Of a stretch of DNA of 64,000 nt, positions 1 through 13,064 are shown piece by piece. The stretch's first letter is position 1. Each line of letters starts with the position of its first letter. The notes under the pieces are model-generated. The model was not told the origin of the DNA. It ran no database searches and worked only from the letters and a program-made list of their open reading frames with translations. The position numbers and the translations under genes were made by a program. Source of the stretch: Octopus sinensis (taxonomy: Eukaryota); contig NC_042998.1 of the NCBI RefSeq assembly GCF_006345805.1, positions 154,814,001-154,878,000 of the forward strand, read 5' to 3'.

Positions 1-124
1 AATTTGAATGAAATTGGTTGTGTAGTTCTCAAGTTTTAGGGATTCACACAGACACACAGACAGACAGATACACACACACATATACACACACACATTCTCA
101 TCTTTATATATATATATATATCTG

Positions 125-1150
125 TGTTATAATACGTGACAATTATTCGGTTGCCATAATAAGACTCCGAGTTTCAGATGTCGGGGTGGAAACCTGCTCC
201 GACATCTCATCAGTTAACGATGCAATCAAAATATGCTATGAAATTGACCGTTAAACAAAGGGAAATTACTACGTTATTAAGACGAAAGAGCTATTAGAAT
301 GACCGGGGAAAAAAACCAAAGGGAAGGAAGTAAAAATTAAAGAAGTGAAAATGCTCATAGCAATCGCGTATGCGCGCATGTACATACATACACATGCACA
401 CACACACACCCACGTACATGTGCCTATATGCATATGCTGACTCACACTCGCATGAAACATATATATATGCAACCATGCATGTACATGTATACATATCTAC
501 ACACACGTGCACACACACACACACGTGCACATACCCATATGCGCACAGTTATATTCAAATACACATCTAAAAATATGCACATGCTATATATGCATATACT
601 CCCTCACACTCGCGTGAAACACGCATGTACACCCACATATATATGCAACTATAAACATGTACAAATACATGTACATATATACATACCCGCACATACGCAT
701 GCACACACACACACACAATGTACACATACGTATATCCTCACACACGCGTGTGCACACACACATGCACATACCCATACATGCACAATTATGTTCATATGCA
801 CGTCTAAAATACGTACGTGCTGTATATGTATATGCTCACTCACACTCGCATGTACACCCACATATATACGCAACAATACTCATGTACATATACATGTACG
901 TATATACATACCCGCACTCACGCACGCACACACACACACGTGCGCGCGCACAAAAAGTTCATATACACGTCTATATACGCACATGCACAAGAAAAATGCA
1001 GGGTAAAAGATAAAATAAAGGAAAAATGTGTAAAAATATATAAAGCAATAAAAATATAAAAATATATCTATAAATATGTAAAAAATATGTGAAAAATATT
1101 AAAAAACTTATATAAAAAGTATAGAGAGATAAAATGCTTGTACGTGGACA
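125..1150 (-). repeat. 3' tail / pseudo-LTR of Penelope-like element PLE1 (CA/TA-rich, hammerhead near distal end)
   Basis: Lies directly downstream of the minus-strand GIY-YIG remnant at 1160-1750. Its distal ~360 bp (about 130-490) reappear reverse-complemented at 4141-4535. It ends at a (TA)n tract. Confidence 0.75.
157..218 (-). ncRNA. Type I hammerhead ribozyme motif (family H1)
   Basis: Minus strand reads ttaa-CTGATGA-gatgtcgg...ccgacatc-t-GAAA-ctcgga-GTC-ttat. It has a canonical core, an 8-bp stem II, a GUC site and a near-palindromic stem III (ACTC-G-GAGT). Confidence 0.85.
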
Positions 1151-1159
1151 CAATATAAA

Positions 1160-2365
1160 AATCAGGTTCTATCTGTGATCTTAGGGGGACCAAAAACGTA
1201 ACAAATATTTAGCCATATGTGGACATGATCCAAAAAGTTCAGTTCTTGAATTTAGACATGTAGCAGGGTCTAAGCTGCTTTTCCAGGTGAGCCATCTTTC
1301 CATATCACAAAGACTGCACTTTCTACTGCCGTTGGTGTAAGGCTTACGCTTGGCTAAGATCTTTCAATGGATGTTGTAACTGACAACTTTATCTTTTAAG
1401 GATCATATATGACTAGATAATTTGGTCGTTTTCCTTTTATCCTAGTGCCTGAAACTCAAGGTGTGATTGTTGCACCTGGCCTTAAAATTCCCCTCTGTAA
1501 GGCCCACATATTTCTTTGTCGAAACTGGTTGTAGAGTCTACAGTGGCTTCACAAATGATAGTCTCAGACATGCAAGCTCCATTTAGCAGGCACAAATTTT
1601 TATCCCTGCATGAACAGCTGGTTTCATTTTGTGGTTTTTGTGTGTTGTGTGCGATTATATTTTTAAAATTAGTAGTTGAGCTGGAACTGATTTTTAAGTT
1701 ATGTCTATTGAAGAGCTTTCTGTGCTAAGAAATACATCACAGGTCACTTCGGGGGAGTAGGGGGTGTGTGAACCAGATAGTTTTCCTAATCGAAAACACC
1801 CTCTGTATCGGTAGTCTTGACCCACTCAGCGTTCTCTTTGAAGAGTAGAGTCTTTCTAGCATGGAGGATTATGTCCTTATCTAGTGTACTGATTTCTATG
1901 AATTCGCTTGCGAAGGTGAGGGCTTTATCTAGCAGTTCCTTAGAAATAGAAATCAACAATATCGAATTGCGTAAATCTTGCTTTATTCTTATTCCTAATG
2001 GCTTTAAACCAGTCAACGACTTCTATACTATTGGGCCATTGTACATAGCATTCCTGACTTTAGCATTGATTCTTCCTAAAATTTCTTTACTAATAATACC
2101 AATTTCTGATTTAGCTGGGTTAATAAGCCTACATTTAGGATTAGATAGGAAGTTCTTTTTATGGTCCTTGATCGTTATAAAGGCCTCTTTTTTTTGGAAG
2201 AGCCTCTATTTTTTTTATCTAATCTAACTTCTTTATTAATTTCGTTATAAATTTGTGGCCGAGCTTTGGTGTAATTATTGATGATGCTGTTGTGTAGGAG
2301 TCGTAAGTATGTACTGTTTTCTACAAAGTATAAGTTCTTGGTTTTATCAGAAAAAAGTGCCGTTT
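1160..2365 (-). pseudogene. Penelope-like element PLE1, internally deleted RT plus GIY-YIG endonuclease (Naiad-like, tentative)
   Basis: Minus-strand frames give FSDKTKNLY, IILHARKTLLFKENAEWVK..GVFD, CSCRDKNLCLLNGAC, YVGLTEGNFKARCNNH and CLNSRTELFGSCPH. There are stops and frameshifts, and the RT core is deleted near 1790. Confidence 0.85.
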
Positions 2366-2379
2366 TTTTGGGGGGAACA

Positions 2380-4140
2380 TAGTCTCGGCAGATGGTATAG
2401 AGATTTATTAAATGATAAGAAGCAAGGGAAAGAAACGCACGCGTTAGTAGAACAAGGATTAAAGGCAATTGACAGAACAACGCTGCCGGGAAAATTCAAA
2501 TGTTGGATATTGCAATTTGGGCTGTATCCAAGAATAATGTGGTCATTGCAAATATACGAAATAGCCTCAAGTATAGTAGAAAGGATGGAGCAAAGATGCA
2601 GTGTGTTTATCAGAAAATGGCTTGGTCTGCCGAAACCACTGAATACAACTGCACTATATGGAAAACCCGTGCTACAACTACCAATAACATCAATCGCTGA
2701 AGAATATAAGGCAGGAAAGGCAAGGACAGTAATGATGCTAAGGTATTCAAAAGATCAGAGCATCCGGGAAAACCCTCCAAAGGTACGAACAGGGAGGAAA
2801 TGGAAGGCGGAAGAGGCAGTAAACAGGGCGATCGGAAAACTAAGGCACGCAGATATAGTCGGAGCGACGCAAGAAGCTAGAACCGGTCTAGGGTCGCAAA
2901 ACTTCAGGCCATTTTGCAAGAGCAGTGTAAAAGAGATGAAAGAGGCAGTGGTATACGAAGTGAGAAAGGAGGAAGAAGAAAGGCGAAATGTACATTTGGT
3001 GCAATGCAGTCAACAGGGACAGTGCCTGAGATGGGAGGAATATGTGATCAAGTCTACCTTCGACGTTCTATCCTCACTGGCGAACTTAGTCCGGTGGAAC
3101 ATAAAAACAACCGACGAGTGTAGATGCGGAGAGAAAGCAACGGTTAGACATGTTCTGTCAGGTTGCAGACTAGCACTTGAAAGATATACATGGCGGCATA
3201 ATCAAGTCCTCGGTGTCATAAGCGCAGCACTCAAGGATAAGACCGAGAAGTACAATAGGGGAGAATACCCAAAAGTAGAAAAGCGCAGGAGAGTATACTT
3301 CCACAAGGAGGGAAAAGGTTATAAAACCAGGCCTACAAGTAAAGTATACGAGATAGACGAAAGATGGAAGGGATACTGGGAGGTGGCCACGGACTTGGAA
3401 AGACAAGTAATATTTCCACTAATAAAAACAACAAAAAGACCGGATTTAGTTCTTTGGAACAGAGACCGGAGAATGGGAATTTTACTAGAACTGACAGTAC
3501 CTTGGGAAGAGAACATCGGAAATGCAGAGGAACGAAAGGAGAAGAGGTATGAAAAGCTAATCGAAGAATGCAGAGAACAGGGATGGAATGTCGAATATTA
3601 TCACCTGGCAGTGGGGGCTAGAGGCTTCATTGAAAAGAAAATGACAACGCTTTTCAAAAGATTTGTTTTTTCTAGCCCCGAGCTGCGTAAACTAATAAGG
3701 AGAGTACAGGAGGCGATCGAAAAAGCCAGCTTCTATATATGGCTGAAGCGGGAAGACCGAAAATGGCTTGAAAGTCATAAACACGCCGACAGGAAATAAC
3801 ATCATTAGGTGAAACAAGCTGACTGACGGTCTTTTAGAAAAAGCGCAGGCTAAAACTACGCGCCTTCACTAGTCAGTTAAGGTGAGACAGTGTCACGTGA
3901 CAACTTGCTGGGACTGCCTGTCAGGTGACGGTCGTTTAGAAAAAGCGTGGGCTAAAACTAGTCAGTTAAGGTGAGACAGTGTCACGTGACAACTTGCTGG
4001 GGCTGCCTGCTGGAGCCTATGCGGCAGGTATTTAAAGGGAAAAATTTGACAAGACAGTCAGTCACCCACCGGCTGACACTCGCTGACGATACATCGAAGA
4101 GGCCAGGGAACAGAAGAAAGAAGACATGCACCCAACACCA
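2380..4140 (+). mobile_element. 5'-truncated HERO-type (R2 superfamily, RLE) non-LTR retrotransposon
   Basis: ORF 2309-3799 has SLGRWY, LPGKFKCWILQFGLYPRIMW, RKWLGLP, CRCGEKATVRHVLSGC, YTWRHNQVL, TTKRPDLVLW, ELTVPWEE and VGARGF (RT thumb, zinc knuckle, PD-(D/E)xK RLE). The RT core is missing. Confidence 0.8.
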
Positions 4141-4535
4141 GAATATGTATACGTGTACATGCATGGTTGCATATATATGTGCATCTTTTGGCATATGTGT
4201 GAGTGCGCATGTATGTGCTTCGTGCAAGTGTGAGTGAGCATATGCATATAGACACATGTATGTGGGTGTGCGTGCGCGTATGTGTTTGTATGTACATGCG
4301 CGCATACGCGTTTGCTATGAGCATTTTCACTTCTTTACTTTTTACTTCCTCCCCTTTGGTTTTTTTCCCCCGTATTCTAATAGCTCTTTCGTCTTAATAA
4401 CGGTGAATTACGTAGTAACTTCCTTTTGTTTCATAGCATATTTTGATTGCCTCGATAACTGATGAGATGTCAGAGCAAGTTTCCGAAACCCGGAGTCTTA
4501 TTGTGGCAACCGAATAATTGTCATATTATATTACA
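4141..4535 (+). repeat. Inverted copy of the PLE1 tail
   Basis: Reverse complement of about 130-490 (e.g. TAATAGCTCTTTCGTCTTAATAACG vs CGTTATTAAGACGAAAGAGCTATTA), moderately diverged. Confidence 0.85.
4453..4503 (+). ncRNA. Type I hammerhead motif (family H1), stem II half deleted
   Basis: cgataa-CTGATGA-gatgtcagagcaagtttcc-GAAA-cccgga-GTC-ttattg. Stem I is cgauaa/uuauug; the 3' strand of stem II is absent. Confidence 0.7.
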
Positions 4536-4603
4536 GATAAATTCCTCTATTTACATAATATCGAGGTCTCTTTCATTCTTTTGTTGTCTTACCATTACTA
4601 TAA

Positions 4604-6010
4604 TCATCATCATCATCATCATCATTTAACGTCCGTTTTCCATACTAGCATGGGTTGGACGGTTCGACCGGGGTCTGGGAAGCCAGGAGGTTGCACCAGG
4701 CTCCTGTCTGATCTGGCAGTGTTTCTACAGCTGGATGCGCTTCATAACGCCAACCACTCCGTAAGTGTAGTGGGTGCTTTTTACGTGCCACCGGCACCGG
4801 GGCCTGTGCCACGATTGGTTGATGCTTTTTATGTACCACCGGTACAGAAGTCAGTCAAAGCGGCGCTGGCATCGGCCACGTTCGGATGGTGCTTTTAACG
4901 TGCTACAAGCATGGGTATCACAACTACAATTTCTAATGATTTTTATTTTGATGTTGATGTACTTGACTCAATAAGTCTTCTCAAGCACAGCAGGTCGCCC
5001 TACAATCAAAGGTAAGTACAGCAGGTTGCCCTACGATCTGAGATACTTTTGAATCGGCTGGGACTGGTTATGCAAAACTGGTGTAGGATACAGACGTGAA
5101 CTCACTTTATTTGCCGGGTCTTCGCAGTCACAGCATATCACCAGAGATATTGGTCTTTCGTCATTGCCTCTGTGAGGCCCAACGTTCGAAGGTCATGCTT
5201 GACCACCTCATCCCATGTCCCCATGTTTCACTGCCGTGAAGCATAGCAGTTCGCACACATGCATCGTACAGTCTACCTGTCACTCTGAGCGAAAGGCCCT
5301 TTGTCACTAATAGGGGTAGAAGCTTTCTAAACTTTTTCCAGGCTATTCTTATTCAAGTGGTAACACTCTCTGAGCATCCACCCCCACTACTAACTTGGTC
5401 ACCTAGGTAGCGGAAGTTATCAACTACTTCTAGTTTCTCCTCTGGAGTGTGATGGAATCTGTTTTCTGAGCATCTGTGGTGTCTATTGCCCCTGTGCATC
5501 TGCCGCACACGAAAGCTATCTTCTTGATTAATCTTCCTTTGATGTTGCTGTACCTCTTATGTGTCCAAAGCTTACACTGGGTACATCTTATGGAGTTTCT
5601 ACCTACACCATTTCTACTGATCGAGCAGGGTGTGATCTACCAGAGGGTGTGTGTGATGAGTTCGCCTTCCTACTTATTAGAACTTTGGTCTTTGCTACAT
5701 TGACTCTAAGGTCTTTTGATTCTAAACCTTGCTTCCACACCCGAAATTTCTTTTCTAGTTCCGGTAGTGATTCTGCTATGAGGGCCAGATCATCAGCATA
5801 GAGGAGCTCCCAGGGGCAACCTGTCTTGAATTCCTCTGTTATTGCCTGGAGGACAATGATGAATAAAAGGAGACTGAGGGCTGAACTTTGGTGGACTCCT
5901 ACTTCTACCCGGAATTCTTCACCATACTCATTGCCAATCCTAACTTTACTAACAGCCTCTCTGCATAGGGCCTGTACAGCCCTTATTAACCATTCGTCAA
6001 TCTCCAGTTT
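4604..6010 (-). mobile_element. 5'-truncated RTE-group LINE (PHD-bearing family) with (ATG)n tail
   Basis: Minus strand gives SPKFSPQSPFIHHCPPGN/EEFKTGCPWELLYADDL-type RT sequence, the PHD-like segment at about 5490-5625, a 3' UTR shared with 8325-8645 and 61303-62245, and (CAT)n at 4604-4624. Confidence 0.85.
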
Positions 6011-6014
6011 TGTT

Positions 6015-6545
6015 TGGGGACAGGACGAAAATAATTGTAATAATAATGAGATTAAACAGACCGAGAAACAAGTAATTATTTTAACAAAATTACACGAGAG
6101 ATAAAATTATATTTTTATGGGGATATTTTCAATGATCTTATGAAAAAAAGCTGTTAGTAAATAATACTTTTAAAGTGTTAATAGTGAATGATCGAAAGAT
6201 CGAAAAAAAAATTTAAAAAACGAGAAAATCTTAGCTTAGCATCGCAACATCGTTTGGCGATGGAATGGAATGGAATGGAATGGAAACACATGAGACGAAA
6301 GTTTTTAAACAGATAAACTGCAACCAGAAGCGAGTTTAATTTGGGGTCAGAGGGACGAAAATAATGGTAATAATAATGAGATTAAACAGACGTAGAAACG
6401 AGTAATTATCTTAACGAAATTACATGAGAGACAAAATAATATTTTTGACGGGACATTCTCAATGTTTAGCTCATGAAAGCAAGCTGTTAGTAAATAATAT
6501 CTTTAAAGTGTTGATGGCGAATGATGTGCGAAAGATCGAAAAAAA
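6015..6545. repeat. ~200-bp diverged direct repeat (6015-6215 / 6345-6545) with a short (TGGAA)n between
   Basis: Both copies begin GGACGAAAATAAT.GTAATAATAATGAGATTAAACAGAC and end GAAAGATCGAAAAAAAAA. Confidence 0.7.
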
Positions 6546-6669
6546 AAAAAACCCAAGAAAATATATATATCTTTTTTCCTTTATTGTTTACTTATTTCCC
6601 TCAGTAGACTGCAGCCATGCTGGGGCACCTCCTTATATATATATATAACACACATTTTTTTGTGAGGTA

Positions 6670-7055
6670 TAGGCGTGACTGTGTAATAAGAAGTTTGCTT
6701 CCCAACCACATGGTTCCAGGTTCAGTTGCACTGCATGATACCTTGGACAAATGTCTTCTATTATAACCACATGTGTGGATTTTGTAGATGGAAACTGAAA
6801 GCCTGTCATATATGTATGTATATATCTATGTGTGAGTGTGTGTGTCTTTGTGTCTGTGCTTGTTTTTTCTTCCCTGCTTGACAACCGGTGATGATGTCTT
6901 TATGGCCCTGTAACTTCGTAGCTCAGCAAAATATATTGAGAGAATATGTATCTGGTTTTAAAAATATAAGTACTGATGTTGATACATTCAACTAAAAATT
7001 CTTCAAGGAGGTGCCCCAGCATGGCTGCAGTGTACTGATGGAAACAAGTGAACAA
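6670..7055 (+). mobile_element. tRNA-derived SINE, family A (degenerate)
   Basis: Head GGCGTGACTGTGTAATAAG...GGTTCAGTTGCAC (A/B-box remnants), internal (GT)n, and 3' GGTGCCCCAGCATGGCTGCAG. Confidence 0.7.
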
Positions 7056-7087
7056 TAAGCGATAAAAGATATATATCTTTCTTTTAC

Positions 7088-7475
7088 CTGTTTCAGTGGC
7101 CATGCTGGAGCATCGCCTTTTGTCGAGAAAATCGACCCTAGAGCTTATTCTTTGTAAGCCTAGTACTTATTCTGTTGGTCTCTTTTGCTAAACTGCTAAG
7201 TTGTGGTGACATAAACACTCCAGCATCAGTTGTCAAGCGATGTTGGCGAGGGGGACAAACACAGACACACAAATACACACATACACACACACACACACAT
7301 ACATACATATTCGACGGCCTTCTTCCAGTTTCCATCTACTAAATCCACTCACAAGGCTCTGATCGGCCCAAAGCTATAGTAGAAGACATTTGCTCAAGGT
7401 GCCACGCAGTGGGACTCAACCCAGGACCATGTGGTTGGTAAGCAAGCTACTTACCACACAGCCACTCTTACACCT
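7088..7475 (-). mobile_element. tRNA-derived SINE, family A (near full length)
   Basis: Minus-strand head TGGCTGTGTGGTAAG (A box) and GGTTGAGTCCCAC (B box-like), internal (GT)n, and 3' GGCGATGCTCCAGCATGGCC. The same body recurs at 13620-13850, 23625-23965 and 63000-63210. Confidence 0.85.
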
Positions 7476-7519
7476 ATATATATATTTATATATGTATGTG
7501 TGCATGTACATATATATGC

Positions 7520-8140
7520 ACTTAGTGACAAGAAAGAGGCATGGAAGAGTTACTGTGCAAGGTTATTGAATGTAAAGGAGGAATGGGATAAAGGGAATCT
7601 CCCTCATGTGGACTCAACAGAGGTACCAGTTATCCTAGTGAACAACAGAATGATACATAAGGCAATTAAAGATATGAAAACAGAAAGCCCCTGGTCCATT
7701 GGGAGTCACTGCTGAGATGTTCAACATATCTGGTAAAGTAGGGTATGGGTTTGTCACCTGCATAGTTAATCAGGAAGGTGTGATACCCAGTGATTGGTGT
7801 AGCAGTTTCATAGTTAGCTGCTACAAGGGTAAGGAATGGCCTGGACTGACTACTGCAAAGCCTTTAGACAGAAGCAATAATAGAGGCATCAAACTCCTGG
7901 ACCAAGTGATGAAGATTACGGAGAGTTATAGTCCAATTAATTAGGAGCAGAATTAAACTAGACAAAATTTAGTTTGTCTTTGCTCTAGGGAGAAACACTT
8001 CTGATGCTATTTTCATAGTCAGGCAACTGCAAGAGAAGTACTTAGCTAAGAGTACCTCACTGTGATAATAGTGGGCTCTGAGGAGGCTAGAGGTAGATTA
8101 GTGGCTTATGAAAGCCATACAGGCCATGTACAAGTGCAAC
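7520..8140 (+). pseudogene. Degenerate RTE RT fragment
   Basis: KEAWKSYCARLLNVKEEWD, PSDWCSSFIVSCYKGK, NNRGIKLLDQVMK and IFIVRQLQEKYL, matching the 21.7-23.4 kb and 62-63 kb copies. Confidence 0.75.
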
Positions 8141-8324
8141 ACTCAAAATGCTATCTAAGAGGCTAAATGATATTGGAACTGAGACTTGCATAGCTCACCT
8201 GCAGAAAAATACCATCCAGTATTCTGCAACCATTCTAAAAGTGACTCTTGAGATTTGAAGATACTTGTTTTCTTCCAAACCTCAAGATAACATTCCTGCT
8301 AATTATATTAGCATGTAATAGCTT

Positions 8325-8645
8325 AATAACATCATCATCACCATCATTTAGCGTCCGCTTTCCATGCTAGCATGGGTTGGGTGGTTCAACAGGAGTCTGG
8401 GAAGCCAGAAGGCTGCACCAGGCCCAGTCTGATCTGGCAATGTTTCTACAGCTGGATGCCCTTCTTAACGCCAACCACTCCGTGAGTGTAGTGGGTGCTT
8501 TTTACATGCCACTGGCACAGACGCCAGACAAGGCTGGCAAACGGCCACGATCGGATGGTGCTTTTTACATGCCACCAGCACGGCGGCCAGTCGGGGCGGC
8601 GCTGGCAACGGCCACGTTCGGATGGTTCTCGTACATGCCACCGGC
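8325..8645 (-). mobile_element. 3' end of RTE-family element (two to three 60-bp units, (ATG)n tail)
   Basis: Same sequence as 4620-4900 and 61320-61560. Confidence 0.8.
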
Positions 8646-8814
8646 ATAATAATAATCATTTCTACTAAAGGCATAAGGCTTGAAATTTTGGAGGTGACTA
8701 GTCAATTACATTGACTCTAGTGTTTCACTGGTACTTAATTTATTGACCCCAAAAGGATGAAAGGCTTCTATAATTACTTCTATCTAAGGCGTCTCCCGTA
8801 CTTTTGTAGCAGCT

Positions 8815-9055
8815 AGTAATGATACTGCTACACCAGTAATTGGAATATTATGCCTTCTACATGTTTGTCTTGGTGTATAATATGAACTACAACAAATATT
8901 CTGCTCAGTACCATAGATTTGCTTGACAGTTGCTTGACCATCAGGATTTGAACATGTGCATCTCTGATCACAAGCAGAAATAGTGGGGGATCATCGTAGC
9001 CATATATTGAGAGGGATTCTTTGGGATTAGAATGATTCACCTCTGGTAACATGGG
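8815..9055. repeat. Unclassified interspersed repeat (second copy at about 21390-21650)
   Basis: Shared GCAAATATTCTGCTCA.TACCA.A.ATTTGCTTG and ATGTGCATCTCTGAT..AGCAGAA blocks. Confidence 0.6.
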
Positions 9056-9099
9056 TGTTTCATTCATTATCCTTAAACAAACCTTATTCAGGGACCTTT

Positions 9100-9322
9100 T
9101 GAGCAGGATGGGCTTCTTGACCTTGCACTCAACATGGCTCAAACAAATTAGTGCAAATGTAAAGATAGAGCACCTACAAAAATTAGCATTGCTTGGAACT
9201 GCTAGAGTTCTCTGCAGGGTTCTTGAAGTACGATCAGTAAACAAGCTTGACCTTAGTCTGCTGACTCTGGACAGCTGACACTTTTCCATTATACCCAGCA
9301 AAATAAGCTGAGAGTTTGATCA

Positions 9323-9356
<34 letters not shown>

Positions 9357-10690
9357 TTATTCCAAATACCTGGGGATAAACGAATGGTTGCAATATATTA
9401 TTATGAAGGAAAAAATAAGAAAAGAATATTACAGGAGAATAAGACTCATACTAAAAACTGAACTCAACTCTAAAAATTGCATCAAAGCCATTAACACCCT
9501 GGCATTTCCAGTAGTCCAATATAATTTTAACATAAGACCTCCACAATAGCAACAAACAGGTACTTATCTAGTACAGAGGACTGGACACTTGACTTGTGTG
9601 CAAACACAAAAGCAGCAAAAAGTCACATTTGTTTGTCAAGGAAGCTTGCAAATTTGCAAGGGAACTTAGCATTAACCCTAAAATAGTTGAAGAACCTAAA
9701 ACCACTGCTACAAAACAAGCAGATTGCAAAAAAGAATGGGCAGAAACAAATTGAGGAATGATGGAGCCAGAAGCCTCTGCATGGACAGTATATACTCCTA
9801 AGTCAAATTGCTGATGTACAACCCATCAATGGCTGAGAAGTTCAGGACTGAAAGCAGAGACTGAAGGTTTCATATTGGCAGCACAAGACCAAAGCTTGCT
9901 CACAAAAAACAACCAAGCTAACATTCTTCAAAATGGTTCTGACTCTAAATGCAGATTCTGCGACACATTTCATGAAACAATAGACTATCTCATCTTGGGG
10001 AGGTCCTGTGCTGACACCAAACGGATATAAAAATTGCCATGATAGGGAAGGACAGTATTTACATTGGAAAATATGTAAACACTACAAAATCAGCACTCCT
10101 ATTTACTGGTACGAACATCATCCTGAGTCAGTTGTTGAAGGTAAAAATGTCACTATTCCCTGGGATTTTCCAGTCAACACTGACAGAATGATTCAAGCTA
10201 ATTGACCCAGTTATAGTTATTAAAGACAGGGAAGAACATAATTGTAGATGAATAGATGTAAGTGTTCCCACTGATAAAAATATATCTGTCAGGGAATTTG
10301 ACAAATTAAGTTACTATAAGGACCTGGAAATTGAAATACAAAAGACGTGGCATCTTAAAATGAGAATTGTTCCTGTTATTGCAGGTGCCCTAATTATGAT
10401 AAAAAAGGGATGTCAGAAGCATCTAGATAATATCCCAAGAAGACCATGTATCAAAGAAATCCAAAAGATTGTGCTAACAAGTACTGCCCACAGCCTTGGA
10501 AAAACCCTATCTATTGGTTGAATGGTATTTCAGCAGCATGCCTGTGTTTGTTGAGTTCAAAACATAGTGAACTTGAAAATGACAGACAAGCTGTTGAAAT
10601 ATTCAACCAATAAAATATCTGTTGCTATTGCATCATGCTCTTCATATTGTCTATGTACCTTTGTGAAGAGTTATGTCAATCCTTTTAAAA
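9100..10690 (+). mobile_element. R4/Dong-clade LINE fragments: a 3' end (9100-9325) and a 5'-truncated copy (9355-10690), separated by (AAT)n
   Basis: LQKLALLGTARVLCRVL, GLKAETEGFILAAQDQ, WYEHHPESVVEGKNVTIPWDFPVNTDRMIQAN, DLEIEIQKTW and VLTSTAH; many stops. Confidence 0.85.
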
Positions 10691-10717
10691 TATAATAATA
10701 ATGATGATGATGATAAT

Positions 10718-13015
10718 AAACTAAGCAACTAGGCATGATAAGATCCCCAACTTGTGGTTAAAATATCTGACAGGAACACACAAAAAGCTGGCTGAGAAAT
10801 TTAATGACAAACTAGCAGAGCCAGAGACAATGCCTGAATGGCTCACAAAAGAGAAAACTATCCTAATTCCCAAATCCACTGAAACAGCAAACCCACAAAA
10901 TTACAGACCAATTACTTGTCGCCCTACAATTTACAAAACCTTTACTGCAATAATATTGCAGAGAATGAGCAAGCATCTGGAAGAAAACAACCTGTTTCCA
11001 GAAGGGATGCTGCGAGGATCAACTAATGGCTGTAAAGGTCAACTAATGATAAATAAAGCCATAACTGAAGACAGCCACAAAAAGAAGTCTAAGAATGGCC
11101 TGGATTGATTACCGAAAGGCTTTTGATAGTATTTCCCACAAATGGATCCTAGCCATGAACAAAGTAGTACAAATAATCATAAAATATAAACAATATGGCA
11201 GACAGTGCTACAGCTCCAAACAAAAGAGGGACTCATGAAAACCAAAGCCATCCCCATTAGAAGAGGAATATTCCAGGTAGACACACTCTCTCCACTCCTT
11301 TTCTGCTTGGCACTGACATGCAAAACAGAACAGGATATGGTTACAACTGTTATGGCAAAACAATCAGCCACCTCTTATATATGAATGACCTAAAACTGTA
11401 TGCTACAAATGATAAACAGCTAGAAACATTACTACAGACAGCACATGGATTTACCAAAGAGATAAACATGAAATTTGGCTTAGAAAAATGTGCCAAAGCA
11501 ACCTTGAAAAAAGGAAAACTAGTTAAGAGTGGTAACATCACACTAGATAGTAAATGAAATAAGAGAATTAGACCAAAGCCAGAGATACAAATATTTAGGA
11601 ATGAATGAACTAGATACAATACAACACACAAATGAAAGAGAAAATAAATAAAGAATACTATAGACAAGTTAGATTAATACTGAAAACAGAGTCCAATGTG
11701 AAAAACAAGATAATAGGCATCAATATGCTAGCCGTCCCAGTTATAAGAAAAATCTACAATATCCTTAACTGGATACTAAATGAACTAATCAAAATGGACA
11801 GGAAAACAAGAAAAATAATGACAGGATTTAGGATGCACCACCCAAAATCTGACATAGAAAGGTTATATATACAATGTACAAAAGGTGGTAGAGGTCTCAT
11901 ACAGCTAGAAAACTATTACAAAATAACCACCATAGGACTGCAAAAATACCTACTGCAGAAGCAAAGAAAACTAATACAAATAGCCACAAAATATGAGCAA
12001 ACCAAAAAACTGTTTTCAGTCTTTAAGGAAGCTGACAAATACAAACAAGAAGTCATACTACCTAATAAGTATGAAGAAAAAGAAGAAACAACAAAAGCTG
12101 TAAAACAACTGAACTCCAAACTAAAACTGGAACAGTAATGGATCATGATAAAACGATGGCAAGAAAAGTCCCTTCATGGCAAATATGGAGTTAAACTAAA
12201 CACAAAAGAAATAGACAAAGCAAAATCCCAACAATGGCTGAGAACCTTAGGATTCAAAGCAGAGACTGAAAGATTTTTAATTGCAGCATAAGAACCAAAA
12301 CCTCCCCACCAGAAATTACCAAAAACCTATAATGAAAAGAAACATAACAAGTAACTACAGAATATGTGGATATGGACAAGAAACAATAAATCATATTGTC
12401 TCTGGCTGCCCAGTCCTGGCTAAGAAGGAATATATTTACAGACACAACAGAGTTGGGACCTACATACACTGGAAGCTATGCAAACACTGTGGAATAACAA
12501 CAAAAAAAAACGTTGGTATAAGCACATGCTAGAAAAGGTCACAGAAAATGAGAAAACAACAATACTATGGGATATGCCAATACACACAGATAGAGAAATT
12601 AAGGCCAATAGGCCAGATATAGTTGTCAGAAATCATCAAGAAAAAATAGGTTTCTAATTGATGTATCAATACCAACAGATGGCAGCGTTTCTCTAAAAGA
12701 AATGGAGAAACTTTCAAAATACAAAGACCTGGAAATAGAGGTAACTTGAATGTGGGGTCTAAAAACAGAAACAATCATAGGTGCATTAGGTATGACAAAA
12801 AATATTCAGACAAACACATAACAAAAACACCAGGACGAACAAACATATATAGAAACAGAAAATAGCACTATTCACTGCACACATCATACATAAAACACTT
12901 TAAATACAGTAACTATAAGAGCATCACAACAAACCGCAGCACAAACCCAAGGCACACAGAGGTGTGCTCGGTAGTGAAGTGAAGGTATGTGATTAAAATA
13001 AGACCATTGAATGAT
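10718..13015 (+). mobile_element. R4/Dong-clade LINE, degenerate RT plus RLE
   Basis: NYRPITCRPTIYK, RRGIFQVDTLSPLLFCLAL, HLLYMNDLKLY, FGLEKCAK, GGRGLIQLE, CRICG..ETINHIVSGCPVLAKKEYIYRHN and ANRPDIVV. Both ends abut (AAT/GAT)n. Confidence 0.9.
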
Positions 13016-13022
13016 GATGATG

Positions 13023-13064
<42 letters not shown>

